Part shown: positions 50,924 through 61,296 of the stretch, piece after piece
How the letters are laid out: each line of letters opens with the position of its first letter
How positions within the stretch are numbered: the stretch's first letter is position 1
Assembly (NCBI GenBank): GCA_015061945.1
Contig: SUVP01000011.1
Coordinates: 6,572 to 70,571, forward strand
Source of the DNA: Opitutales bacterium
GTDB taxonomy: Bacteria; Verrucomicrobiota; Verrucomicrobiia; Opitutales; Intestinicryptomonadaceae
Length of the DNA stretch: 64,000 nucleotides
Direction: 5' to 3'
Notes under the pieces: generated by a model
The model's input: the letters and a program-made list of their open reading frames with translations, nothing else
Databases searched by the model: none
What the model was told of the DNA's origin: nothing
Position numbers and translations under genes: made by a program

Positions 50924-52987
50924 ATGCACAAAACTTTTCTATTTTTTGCAATATCTTTTGCGATAACATTGGCAAATGCACAAATTTTTGTTTCGACAAA
51001 AGGGTCAGATAAAACTGGCAATGGCTCGCAAAATGCTCCATTTGCTACGCTCGCCCGTGCGATAAAATCGCTTTCGGCAAACCAAAATAAAATCATCATT
51101 GAAAGTGGTGTTTACGAAATAAATACCCCATTAATAATAAATAAACTCGGATTCGATAAAAAATGTATCGAGATTGAAGGCAACGGGAAGGTCGAATTTA
51201 TCGGAGCAAAAAGAGTGTCGGCAAAATTGCTCGAGAAAGTAGATGACAAACAATTTCTATCAAAATTCAGGAATCCCGAAATAACAACTTTGTACAAGCT
51301 TGATTTGAAAAAGCTCGGGATTACTGAATATGGAAAACTTAAGAAACGTGGTTTTGCATCGAACACTTTTCCGATGCAAATGGAAGTATTTTATAGCGTG
51401 TCGAGAGAAATGCACTTGGCAAAATATCCAAACTTTGGCAAGTTGCATATCGGTAAGTTAATCGACGCTGGATATGCACCAAGCGAACAAAAAAATGCTA
51501 CTCCCGCAGAAAAAAAACGTCGGGCAAAATTCATTTCCGCACACGATATTGCTCCATATTGGTATGATGATGACGACTTGTGGCTGTCGGGAATATTCTC
51601 GTATGGTTGGTGCGACGACCACCAGAAAGTCAAAAAAATCGATCGCCAAACAAATGAGATTGAGCTGTCCTACCCACACTGCTATGGAGTGATGAGCTCG
51701 CACCCTGACTTTGCAAAAAATAAACAAGATATATCCGTTCGTGGATACCATATTTACAATTCCCTCCAAGAAATTGACGCACCATACGAGTATTATATCG
51801 ACCGGAAAAATGGTATATTCTATGTGTCCTTGCCAATCACACCAAAAGATGACGATTACTTCGATTTCTCGATAACAGAAAAACCACTAATCTACATTTT
51901 AGATTCAAAAGATATCTTGATTAAAAATATCATTTTTTCGTCGGGACGTGGAAATGGTCTCGAAGTTTACGACTCGCAAAGAATAGAAGTTAATAGTTGC
52001 ACATTCAAAAATTTTGGACTTATGGGTGCTATCGCAACTCTATCAGAAAAAAAGCCTGCGACAACTTTAACAAAATATAAATTTGCAAAATGTACTTTCT
52101 TCGACAATGGCAGTGGCGGTATACAAATAGGCGGTGGCGACAGAAAGAAACTTACCCCCGCACGCAATCGCATTGAGGATTGCCTTTTCTACAACAACTG
52201 CAGAGTCAAAAAAAACTACGCTGCAGGCGTACATATCAGTGGCGTTGCAACAACTGTTGACCACTGCGAGTTCCGTGATACAGAACATCAACATCTAACT
52301 TTTGCTGGCAATGACCACACTATCGAAAACTCGATTTTTGCCGATGGTTGCAAAAATGCAAGCGATATGGGTGCTATCTACACTGGACGCAATCCAAGCC
52401 ACAAAGGTAATCAAATTAGAAATAATTTCTTCACAAATATCCAAGCAAAAGACAAAGATTCTAAAGTCTGTTCTATTTATATCGACGACGGCTCTGGCGG
52501 AATGAAAATCTACAAAAACATTTTCTGCAAAGCAAATACACCTGGTGCGTCGGATATGTTTGGTGCAATTTTCTTACACGGCGGACACGATAATGTTATG
52601 GATAAAAATGTCTTTATCGACTGCGAAGCGTCTATCGGACATACCCGTTGGGATAATAAAAAGTGGAAGAAATTTATCAACGAAGATTTCAAATATCGCC
52701 TCAAAGATGAAGTTGATATTGAGTCGGAACCATACAAAAAATATCCCGAGCTAAAAGACTTTTTCACAACTGAACGTGAACGTTTCAACCACGTTTTAAA
52801 CTCTCTTTTCTACAAGACTCGCCCGCCATATTGGGGAGACTTTAGGCTGGAAAATAAACTTTCAAAACTCGTTCCAAGTTCAAAGCCAAAAGTAAAAAAA
52901 TGGACACTCAAAGATGTCGAAAAATTCTTTGGCGAAAATCCGCTCATTGCTGATATTCTCAAAAAGAAAATCGGCATAAGAAAATAA
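50924..52987 (+). CDS. Secreted right-handed parallel beta-helix protein (pectin-lyase fold, putative glycan-active)
   Basis: Signal peptide, IFVSTKGSDKTGNGSQNAPFATLARA, beta-helix repeats (IEDCLFYNN, IENSIFAD, IRNNFF), DMGAIYTG, IYIDDGSGG. Confidence 0.8.
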   Translation: MHKTFLFFAISFAITLANAQIFVSTKGSDKTGNGSQNAPFATLARAIKSLSANQNKIIIESGVYEINTPLIINKLGFDKKCIEIEGNGKVEFIGAKRVSAKLLEKVDDKQFLSKFRNPEITTLYKLDLKKLGITEYGKLKKRGFASNTFPMQMEVFYSVSREMHLAKYPNFGKLHIGKLIDAGYAPSEQKNATPAEKKRRAKFISAHDIAPYWYDDDDLWLSGIFSYGWCDDHQKVKKIDRQTNEIELSYPHCYGVMSSHPDFAKNKQDISVRGYHIYNSLQEIDAPYEYYIDRKNGIFYVSLPITPKDDDYFDFSITEKPLIYILDSKDILIKNIIFSSGRGNGLEVYDSQRIEVNSCTFKNFGLMGAIATLSEKKPATTLTKYKFAKCTFFDNGSGGIQIGGGDRKKLTPARNRIEDCLFYNNCRVKKNYAAGVHISGVATTVDHCEFRDTEHQHLTFAGNDHTIENSIFADGCKNASDMGAIYTGRNPSHKGNQIRNNFFTNIQAKDKDSKVCSIYIDDGSGGMKIYKNIFCKANTPGASDMFGAIFLHGGHDNVMDKNVFIDCEASIGHTRWDNKKWKKFINEDFKYRLKDEVDIESEPYKKYPELKDFFTTERERFNHVLNSLFYKTRPPYWGDFRLENKLSKLVPSSKPKVKKWTLKDVEKFFGENPLIADILKKKIGIRK

Positions 52988-53011
52988 TAAATATTTGATA
53001 GAAGTAAGCAC

Positions 53012-53046
53012 AAAAAAATGCAGTCCCATTCGGGACTGCATTTTTT
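53012..53046. terminator. Bidirectional intrinsic terminator
   Basis: aaaaaaatgcagtccc-att-cgggactgcatttttt. Confidence 0.85.
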
Positions 53047-53060
53047 AGAGCAAATTGCAA

Positions 53061-53828
53061 TTATGCAAGCTTTGCAGCACTCTTTACGAGAGCTACGAAT
53101 GAGTCAGCCTTGAGAGCTGCACCGCCGATAAGACCACCGTCGATATCTTTTTCTTTGAGGAGGTCGTCAGCGTTTTCTGGCTTCATCGAACCACCATAGA
53201 GAATTTGGATATTTTCAGATGCTTCAGCACCGAACAAGCCAGCCAAAACCTTGCGGATTTCAGCGTGTACTTCTTGAGCCATTGCTGGAGTTGCTGTTTT
53301 ACCTGTACCGATAGCCCATACTGGTTCGTATGCGATAACAACTTTTTGTGCGTCTTCAGCTGAAAGACCTGCCATACCTTCGCTTGTTTGTTTTGATACA
53401 ACAGCGATTGTATTGCCTGCTTCACGTTCTTCGAGCTTTTCGCCAACGCAAAGAATTGGCTTCATTCCGTTTTCGAGAACAACCTTAACTTTTTCGTTAA
53501 TGAAAGCGTCTGTTTCCTTGAAGTATTCGCGACGTTCGCTATGACCGAGGATAACGTATGTGCAGTTGAATTCCTTGAGCATTTCTGCCGAGATTTCACC
53601 AGTGTAAGCACCGCTTGCCTTTGTGTACATATTTTGTGCACCGAGCTTTACGTTCGAACCAGCCAAAGCTTTGCTTGATGCGTCGAGAGCTGTGAATGTT
53701 GGGCAAACTGCTACGTCAACCGAAGTTTCGCCAGCAATTTGTGCATTGATACCATTGATGAGTTCAACAGCTTTTGATGCTGTGTTATTCATCTTCCAGT
53801 TGCCTGCGATAAAATATCTGCGTGCCAT
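53061..53828 (-). CDS. tpiA: Triose-phosphate isomerase
   Basis: AGNWKMN, LGHSERR, AYEPVWAIGTG, LYGGS, GLIGGA. Confidence 0.98.
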   Translation of the reverse strand: MARRYFIAGNWKMNNTASKAVELINGINAQIAGETSVDVAVCPTFTALDASSKALAGSNVKLGAQNMYTKASGAYTGEISAEMLKEFNCTYVILGHSERREYFKETDAFINEKVKVVLENGMKPILCVGEKLEEREAGNTIAVVSKQTSEGMAGLSAEDAQKVVIAYEPVWAIGTGKTATPAMAQEVHAEIRKVLAGLFGAEASENIQILYGGSMKPENADDLLKEKDIDGGLIGGAALKADSFVALVKSAAKLA

Positions 53829-53855
53829 TTTTATTACTTTCTTTTGATGATTAAA

Positions 53856-55061
53856 TTATTCTTTGTCGAGAACTGCAACGCCTGGGAGTTCTTTACCTTC
53901 GAGGAATTCGAGCGATGCACCACCGCCTGTCGAGATAAAGCTTACGTCCTTTGCATAGCCACTCTTTTTGATTGCTTTAACAGAGTCGCCACCGCCAATG
54001 ATGCTGATTGCATCAGACTTTGCAACTGCTTCAGCAACTGCGAAAGTACCCTTTGCACAATCCTTAATTTCAAAGATACCCATAGGTCCGTTCCAAAGGA
54101 TTGTCTTACTTTCTGCAACTTGATTCTTATAAAGCTCGATTGTTTTAGGACCGATATCAACGCCTGCCCAACCATCTTCAATATCGCTTTCCATAATCTT
54201 GATTTCAGAAACTGAACCGCCAGCGAAGTCGATATTTTGTGTTGTTGCGTTGTCGATAGGCAAGAGGAACTTTACGCCCTTCTTTTCAGCCTTTTCAAGA
54301 GCTGCTTTTGCGAGGTCAACCTTATCAGGCTCTACCAAGCTATTGCCAACCTTACGACCTTGTGCGAGTGCAAATGTGTAAGCCATAGCACCACCGATAA
54401 GCATAGCGTCGCACTTATCGAGGAGAGCGTCGATAACAGTGATTTTATCAGAAACCTTAGAACCACCGAGGATAACTGTGAATGGACGAACTGGTGTTTC
54501 TGTTTTTGAACCGAGGAATTCGAGCTCACGTTCGATGAGCAAACCAGCAACTTTAATTGGCAAGTATGCTGCTACGCCAGCTGTTGTAGCGTGTGCACGG
54601 TGTGCTGTACCAAATGCGTCGTTAACGTATGCTTCGGCACCAGTGTCTTCAACGAGTTGCTTTGCAAATGCTGGGTCGTTCTTCTTTTCTTCTGAATAGA
54701 AGCGTGAGTTTTCCAAGAGAACAACATCGCCTTCAACCATCTTCGAGCAAGCGTCCTTAACTTTTTCACCGATGCAATCGTCAACAAAAACAACGTCTTT
54801 GCCGAGTTTTTCAGCGAGAGCTTTTGCTACTGGAGCGAGCGAGAATTGAACATCTGCCTTGCTCTTCGGTCTGCCGAGGTGGCTTGTAAGAACAACTTTT
54901 GCACCTTGTTCTACGAGATGTTTGATTGTTGGGAGAGCCGCAACAATGCGTGTGTCGTCGCTAATATTGCCCTGTGCGTCAAAGGGCACGTTGAAATCGA
55001 CACGAACGAAAACTTTTTTTCCTTTCAAGTCGACGTCTTTGATGGTCTTAATCTTTGCCAT
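53856..55061 (-). CDS. pgk: Phosphoglycerate kinase
   Basis: RVDFNVP, SHLGRPK, VNDAFGTAHRAH, GGSKVSDK, WNGPMG, STGGGASLEFLEGK. Confidence 0.98.
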   Translation of the reverse strand: MAKIKTIKDVDLKGKKVFVRVDFNVPFDAQGNISDDTRIVAALPTIKHLVEQGAKVVLTSHLGRPKSKADVQFSLAPVAKALAEKLGKDVVFVDDCIGEKVKDACSKMVEGDVVLLENSRFYSEEKKNDPAFAKQLVEDTGAEAYVNDAFGTAHRAHATTAGVAAYLPIKVAGLLIERELEFLGSKTETPVRPFTVILGGSKVSDKITVIDALLDKCDAMLIGGAMAYTFALAQGRKVGNSLVEPDKVDLAKAALEKAEKKGVKFLLPIDNATTQNIDFAGGSVSEIKIMESDIEDGWAGVDIGPKTIELYKNQVAESKTILWNGPMGIFEIKDCAKGTFAVAEAVAKSDAISIIGGGDSVKAIKKSGYAKDVSFISTGGGASLEFLEGKELPGVAVLDKE

Positions 55062-55235
55062 AGTTATATAATTTTAGTTTTGGATTTTTGTTAAAAAAAT
55101 ATTTCTCACATTTTTACTTAAACTTCTAAAATTGCAAGCCGTTTTGAGTAATTTTGCTCAATTTTTACAAATAAATTCACAAAAACATCTTTTCAACTTT
55201 ACTAAATCTACAAATTTTATAGAAATTTTTACGTT

Positions 55236-56114
55236 ATGAAAAAGTTTTTAGTTTTATTATCATCTGTAATTATCTTGTCGGCTTGTGCGACCAAACCAAG
55301 CTTGCCAGTATGCGATTGCTCGCAAACATTGCGTATTGGCAGTTTCAATGTTTTGGGAAATAAATCTATTGCACGTGGAAAAATCGGTTCTGATATTGTC
55401 CGCATTTACGATTGGGACATTTATGGAACTCAAGAAATGAATGAATGGGCAAAGCCTGTCTACTTGGCAAAAGATAACATCTACGGGATTGTCGGCAGAC
55501 CTTGTTCAAAGAAAGAAGAAGACGAAAAAGCGTGGGAAAGATGGGGTAATTATATCATCTACAAAAAAGCAAGGTTTGATGTTCTTAAGTCGGGATATTT
55601 TTGGCTTTCTGACACGCCTGACAAGCTCTCACGTGGTTGGGACGAAAAACAATATCGCATTTGCAACTGGGCAAAATTCCACGATAAGCTCGCAAACAAA
55701 GATTTCTATTTCTTCAATCTTCATCAAGGTTTGACACCAACAGCACGCCAAAATTCTGCAAAACTTATCGCTAAAAAACTCGAAGAAATAGCTGGCAAAG
55801 ATTCAATCATTTTTATGACTGGCGACTTCAACGCAAGAAATGATATGACTTCTGTACAAACTATTTTGAAGTCGGGTCTTGTCAAAGATTCGTGGATGTC
55901 GCAAGCCCCTCACTATGGACCAAAGGGAACGTTTATTCCGGCAAATCACAACAAGGCGACTTGCAATAAATCGACAATCACAGGTAAAAGCAAAATCGAT
56001 TACGTTTTCACTTCGCCAAACATTTCGATAAAAAAGTGCGTTGTAATTACAACAAATCTCGATGGACACTTCCCGTCCGACCACTTGCCAATTATGGCTG
56101 AAGTTAAATACTAA
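55236..56114 (+). CDS. Endonuclease/exonuclease/phosphatase (EEP) family lipoprotein
   Basis: Lipobox LSAC, SFNV, GTQE, MTGDFN, IDYVF, PSDHLP. Confidence 0.9.
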   Translation: MKKFLVLLSSVIILSACATKPSLPVCDCSQTLRIGSFNVLGNKSIARGKIGSDIVRIYDWDIYGTQEMNEWAKPVYLAKDNIYGIVGRPCSKKEEDEKAWERWGNYIIYKKARFDVLKSGYFWLSDTPDKLSRGWDEKQYRICNWAKFHDKLANKDFYFFNLHQGLTPTARQNSAKLIAKKLEEIAGKDSIIFMTGDFNARNDMTSVQTILKSGLVKDSWMSQAPHYGPKGTFIPANHNKATCNKSTITGKSKIDYVFTSPNISIKKCVVITTNLDGHFPSDHLPIMAEVKY

Positions 56115-56132
56115 TTTACCCACAAAAAAACG

Positions 56133-56165
56133 AAAGGATTGAATGAAACATTCAATCCTTTTTTT
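56133..56165. terminator. Intrinsic terminator, possibly bidirectional
   Basis: aaaggattgaatg-aaa-cattcaatccttt followed by a T run. Confidence 0.85.
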
Positions 56166-56191
56166 ATTTTTAGTTGAGTTTTAATTGAGAA

Positions 56192-58348
56192 TTATTTTTC
56201 CATAAGCAAGCCTGCGTATCCGCCTGGCAAGAGGAGTTTTCCCTTCCAGAAAGTCGGCACGTTTGCTGGCGATTTCATATCGTATTTATTGAGCAACTTT
56301 GGATTGTTCGCATCCGAGAAATCGTATGTTCGACAGATATAAAACATTCTGTTGAGAACTGCGAGTTTCTTAGATGTTTCATCATAATAAACAAGTCCTT
56401 CAAAATCGCTTTTTGGGAACATCGCTCTTGAAATCATCGAGCCGTCTTCTACATCATCAAAATACGATTTCTGCGACGGGAAAAGATGACGTTTTAATTC
56501 TTTTGTAGGGGTAGGATTTTCTGGGTCGATTAACGCATAGTGTCCTGCACGCATAGCCAAGAATTTGTCGCCAAACTTAGTTACAGAACCAGTCTGCGAA
56601 CACATTGGGAAATCATCTCTATGCGAAAGTTTTGCCGAGTTATTTGCGAGGTCGAAAATCATATGTCCGCCACAGTGTCTATTCAAAGCCCAGTAGCGAT
56701 TTTTCACCAACTGTTGCGAGCCATAATTACCATACATCAGTTGCGAGGTCATCTGTTGGAAAATAATTTTTGGCTCTTTCGGATTCGATACATCCACAAA
56801 CATAATTCGTGCTTGTGCGTTTGTCAAAGCGACAATATTAACGCCTTCAAATGCCCAAACATATTGAACAAAATTTACGGTTTCATTGATAGACGTCAGA
56901 CGTCCGATTTCCTTAATTTCGTTATCTGATACAATCTCGTAAATTCCCAAGCCATTTAGTCCTTCAGCCATATATAGCTTGCGACCTGCTCGCTTTACAT
57001 CGGCTACATACGGGATTTTTTCGATACGCTTGAGTTCCATTTTTCCGTCTGAAAGTTTGAAGACTTTTAGACCGCCCCAAATATTCGCAGCGTATGCAAT
57101 ATCGCCATCGAGAGCAACTGCTCTGATTGGGTTTGTTAGTTCTGCACCAGAAGATATAAATCCTTTTTCCGACGCATCAAATGGCGATTTGGGGAGATTT
57201 GGAATTTCGCCAACATCTCGTGCTTCGGGCTTTAATCCGTCGATTTCAGCGATGTAAATACCAGTGTAAGTACCAGCTATATAAAGTACGCCATCGCCGA
57301 TTGCGATTGATGAGACAGGGTCGCCTTGTGGAATATTTGTACCCCAAATTTTACGGAATGGCGGATGTATTTTTCTATTTTCAGGGTCGCGTTTTGGGAG
57401 AATCAAATTGCCCAAAATTTTTGGTTGAGCTGGATTTTTAATATCAACCATAAACACACCATTGAGAGTGTCCGACGCAAAGCAATAGTCGCCACTAACA
57501 CGTGGAGTCCAGTAATCGCAAGGTCCGAAATAGATATCGGGAAAATGCGTTTTTGAAAGCTTCTTTGGGTTTGCTGGATCTGAAATATCAAAAATATCCA
57601 AACCACGCCCTGCACCATGACGTTTTTCTACTGGTCCACTCTTTTTGTGCTGACCAGTTGAAGCATACAAAATATTGCCTCTGATAACGAAGCCGTCGCC
57701 ATAGCCGTCGAGTTTTATTTTCGAGATTGGCTTTAAATTTTTAATATCTTTTGCATCGATAACAGTGATTTCTCCGCCAGCCCAGTCTCCGCTAAAAATG
57801 AGCCCATTGCGGTAGAGAACCGACTGCGACTCGTCTGTGCGTATCGACGACAAATGTTTCATCTGTGCTGGATTTGAAACATCGATGCACTGCACTCCGT
57901 ACACTCGATTACCAATCACTGCGAGATTACCGACAACATCAAGCCCTGTCGCCATCTCGATTGTATCGAAGTTTGAAATGATTTTTGGATTTTTATCATC
58001 CGAAACATCAACTGCCCAAAGCCCACATTGGCGAGATGACAAAAATGCTGTTTTTCCACATATTCGAAGTTGACGGACATTACCCATACCCCCGACGAAC
58101 CCAACCTTCTTTGGCATTTTCGGGTTATCTATATTATATATAGACAGACCGTCCTTTTCGAGTGCATACAATTTGCCATTTTCAAGGACAAGCGACATCG
58201 CCGCCGATGACTTTGGTACTTTATAAAATTCAATCGGCTTTCCGTATTCTGCTTCTCTGTGTGCGTTAATAATTTTTTTCACTTGCGAAAATGCCGTCAA
58301 TGACGATAAGAACGCAAGTAAAGCTAAGATAAACTTAATCTTCTTCAT
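56192..58348 (-). CDS. Secreted LVIVD-repeat (beta-propeller) protein
   Basis: Start taken at MKKIKFIL. Repeats LSIYNIDNPKMP, LWAVDVSDDKNP, VQCIDVSNPAQ, LDIFDISDPANP, VFMVDIKNPAQP, IMFVDVSNPKEP, YDFSDANNP. Confidence 0.85.
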   Translation of the reverse strand: MKKIKFILALLAFLSSLTAFSQVKKIINAHREAEYGKPIEFYKVPKSSAAMSLVLENGKLYALEKDGLSIYNIDNPKMPKKVGFVGGMGNVRQLRICGKTAFLSSRQCGLWAVDVSDDKNPKIISNFDTIEMATGLDVVGNLAVIGNRVYGVQCIDVSNPAQMKHLSSIRTDESQSVLYRNGLIFSGDWAGGEITVIDAKDIKNLKPISKIKLDGYGDGFVIRGNILYASTGQHKKSGPVEKRHGAGRGLDIFDISDPANPKKLSKTHFPDIYFGPCDYWTPRVSGDYCFASDTLNGVFMVDIKNPAQPKILGNLILPKRDPENRKIHPPFRKIWGTNIPQGDPVSSIAIGDGVLYIAGTYTGIYIAEIDGLKPEARDVGEIPNLPKSPFDASEKGFISSGAELTNPIRAVALDGDIAYAANIWGGLKVFKLSDGKMELKRIEKIPYVADVKRAGRKLYMAEGLNGLGIYEIVSDNEIKEIGRLTSINETVNFVQYVWAFEGVNIVALTNAQARIMFVDVSNPKEPKIIFQQMTSQLMYGNYGSQQLVKNRYWALNRHCGGHMIFDLANNSAKLSHRDDFPMCSQTGSVTKFGDKFLAMRAGHYALIDPENPTPTKELKRHLFPSQKSYFDDVEDGSMISRAMFPKSDFEGLVYYDETSKKLAVLNRMFYICRTYDFSDANNPKLLNKYDMKSPANVPTFWKGKLLLPGGYAGLLMEK

Positions 58349-58452
58349 AAGCAGACAAAACATACATATCGCTTAAAATATTGCAAGATTATTGAAGTGC
58401 AAAAAAAGCTTTTTATTCAGTAAAAGTCTGTTAAAGTGGTAAGAATAAAATT

Positions 58453-59805
58453 ATGAAAATAATAGTAGTAGGTGCAGGCGATGTCGGACATTATCTCTGT
58501 CAGGTGTTGAGCGACGAAGGTCATTCTATCACCTTGATTGAATCAGACGCTCAACGTGCTGACGAAATTGAAGAGAATATCGACGCAAGAATTATTCGTG
58601 GAAATGGTGCATCGGCAAAATTTCTGTCTATGGCAGGAGTCGCCGATTGCGACTATCTGCTGGCAATGACCGCATTCGACCAACTCAATATTGTAGCTTG
58701 TGCAATCGGCAAACAGCTCGGTGCAAAAACTACAATCGCACGTGTACACGACCAAGTTTACGGCGACAATTCTTTGTTCAATTATCAAAAGAATTTTGGT
58801 ATAGATATTTTGATAAATCCAGAAGCACTCACTGCGGTTGAACTCGCAAAACATGTGAGAAACCCCGAAAGAATGGCAATCGAAGAATTCGCAAGAGGTC
58901 AAATAGAACTTCAAGAAATAGAAATCACAGAAGGTGCCAGATACGCCGGAATCCCCTTGCGAGATATCAAGCTCGACTCATCTATCAGAATTGGATACGT
59001 TCAACGCAACGACGTTATGTATGTGCCAACTGCCGATACTGTCTTAAAACCAAACGACAAAATCACTGTGATTGGTGCCCCTGAACAGCTTTTAAAATAT
59101 CGTGGATATTTTTCTGCTGATAAATCTGCCGAAAGCGTGCGAGTTGTACTCAATGGTGCGACAGAAACGGCAATATCGGTTATTCGCCGACTTTCAAATT
59201 ATCGCTTCAAAATTAGAGTGATTGACCCAGATTTAAACAAGTGCAAAGAAATTGCCGAACAATTCCCTAACGTTACAGTTATCAACGGTAGTGCAACTTC
59301 ACTTCGCCTAATGGAAGAAGAACAAATTGGCAGTGCCGATTATTTTATCGCTTGCACAAAAGATGACGAAGAAAATGTTATGACCTGCCTACAAGCAAAA
59401 AAACTCGGTGTTAAATATATCGAGCTTGTCATAAATAAAACAGACTACGAACAAGTTTTGCAAAACATAAGTGGATTCTTAAATATCACTGCCGATGCGT
59501 CTCCACGTCGTGTTACAGCGAGCGAAATCAAAAAATATATAACCGACAAAAACTTTACAATCGTCGGGGCATTAAAAGGTGGAATCATCGAGTTTGTCGA
59601 ACTGAAAGTATCGGCAGATTCACAAGCGTGCGGAAAAACTCTGCGTGATATAAATCTGCCAACAGGTTGCATAATCGCAGCAATCGTTAGCGAAAACAGT
59701 GCGAAAGTCCCAGGAGCAACCGATGTAATCAATGCAGACGACCGCCTTATTATTATTCTCGAAAAAGAGAAAATTAAAGAAGTGGCAAAACTTTTTGTCC
59801 GTTAA
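58453..59805 (+). CDS. trkA: Trk potassium uptake protein TrkA
   Basis: IIVVGAGDVG, two RCK-N/RCK-C pairs, directly upstream of trkH. Confidence 0.93.
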   Translation: MKIIVVGAGDVGHYLCQVLSDEGHSITLIESDAQRADEIEENIDARIIRGNGASAKFLSMAGVADCDYLLAMTAFDQLNIVACAIGKQLGAKTTIARVHDQVYGDNSLFNYQKNFGIDILINPEALTAVELAKHVRNPERMAIEEFARGQIELQEIEITEGARYAGIPLRDIKLDSSIRIGYVQRNDVMYVPTADTVLKPNDKITVIGAPEQLLKYRGYFSADKSAESVRVVLNGATETAISVIRRLSNYRFKIRVIDPDLNKCKEIAEQFPNVTVINGSATSLRLMEEEQIGSADYFIACTKDDEENVMTCLQAKKLGVKYIELVINKTDYEQVLQNISGFLNITADASPRRVTASEIKKYITDKNFTIVGALKGGIIEFVELKVSADSQACGKTLRDINLPTGCIIAAIVSENSAKVPGATDVINADDRLIIILEKEKIKEVAKLFVR

Positions 59806-59823
59806 TAGCATACGCAAATAATC

Positions 59824-61290
59824 GTGAATTACTCTATAATATTTAAAATTCTTTCGATGATTTTGTGGACAATGGCGTTCGCATTTTCAGCGTGTGCAGG
59901 AGTATCATTTTTATACTCCTCGTCGACAAAAGAAAACGAAGCTATGCCATCGTGGATTTGTCTTATCGCATTTGCAATTTTGATGGCTTTCGCATTCTAT
60001 TTGCCAAGTCGCAACTCGCCGAAAAAACTTTTCAAAAAAGAAGCGTTGTGCGTTGTTGGACTCGGTTGGATTATGGCATCGCTGGTCGGCTCACTGCCCT
60101 ACATACTTATTCTCGATTGCGATTTTGCGACTGCATTTTTTGAATCGACAAGTGGAATCACAACAACAGGCTCGAGCGTATTTGGCTCTTTTGCCGACTT
60201 CCCACACAGCCTTATGTTTTGGAGATGCCTCTCGCACTGGATTGGTGGTATGGGAGTTCTGGTTTTCTTTGTCGCAGTGTTGTCGTTTCTCGGCACAAGC
60301 GGACGCATTCTTTATGCGAGCGAAACAAGTGTAAGCTCGGGCGGTGGAATCGAGACAGAAAGAATACAAAGTGGTGCGTTCAAAATTCTATTTTTGTATC
60401 TGACAATATCGGCTCTATGCCTTGCGACATTTAAACTTTGCGGAATGGGTTGGTTTGATGGAATCTGCCATATGTTCTCGGTTGTCGCAACAGGCGGATT
60501 TAGTATTTACGAAAATAGTTTTGCACACTACCAAAGCAATCTTATCTACTGGGCGACAACTTTGTTTATGTTCATAGGTGGCATAAGCTTTGTACTGATG
60601 CTCGCAATACTTTCGGGCAACTTCAAAAAACTTTGGCAAAATACAGAGTTTTGGACTTACTGCATAATCATCATATTTTTCTCAATCGCAATTTCATTTT
60701 ACACAAATACGACAACTGGCTGGTTTGATGCAATCACACAATCGGCGTTCCAAACAGTTTCGCTGATGACAACTACTGGCTTTGCAACTTGCAACTACGA
60801 TGAATGGCTCCCCCCCGCAATCACAATGCTTTTTGTATTGATGTTGATTGGCGGTTGTGCCGGTTCAACATCGGGCGGGATAAAAGTTGCACGTGTCGTA
60901 TCGGGCTTTAAAATTGCTTGGAATGCGTTGGAAAAATCGTTTCGTCCACGAGTCGTACGCAATATTTCAATCAATGGAAAAGTATTAGATAACGACAATA
61001 TCGCAAATGTTGGTTCATACCTTTTAATATTCTTAATCACCATCGCTTGCGGAATCATTGTTATATCTATGCTTGAACCGACAATGTCGTTCACTGGTAC
61101 ATTCACAGCAGTGTGTGCGTCTATTTCAAACACTGGTCCGGGGTTCGCCGAAGTTGGTGCTACAAAAAATTTTGGCTTTATGACTGCCCCAGCAAAGACG
61201 ATACTTTCTATTATGATGATTGCCGGACGTCTCGAATTTTACGCATTATTCGCACTGTTAATGCCTTCACTTTGGAAAAAATTTGAATAA
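59824..61290 (+). CDS. trkH: Trk potassium uptake membrane protein TrkH
   Basis: FFESTSGITTTGS, WIGGMG, ATGGFS, TTTGF, GGCAGSTSGGIK, SNTGPG, GRLE. Confidence 0.95.
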   Translation: MNYSIIFKILSMILWTMAFAFSACAGVSFLYSSSTKENEAMPSWICLIAFAILMAFAFYLPSRNSPKKLFKKEALCVVGLGWIMASLVGSLPYILILDCDFATAFFESTSGITTTGSSVFGSFADFPHSLMFWRCLSHWIGGMGVLVFFVAVLSFLGTSGRILYASETSVSSGGGIETERIQSGAFKILFLYLTISALCLATFKLCGMGWFDGICHMFSVVATGGFSIYENSFAHYQSNLIYWATTLFMFIGGISFVLMLAILSGNFKKLWQNTEFWTYCIIIIFFSIAISFYTNTTTGWFDAITQSAFQTVSLMTTTGFATCNYDEWLPPAITMLFVLMLIGGCAGSTSGGIKVARVVSGFKIAWNALEKSFRPRVVRNISINGKVLDNDNIANVGSYLLIFLITIACGIIVISMLEPTMSFTGTFTAVCASISNTGPGFAEVGATKNFGFMTAPAKTILSIMMIAGRLEFYALFALLMPSLWKKFE

Positions 61291-61296
61291 AAAATT

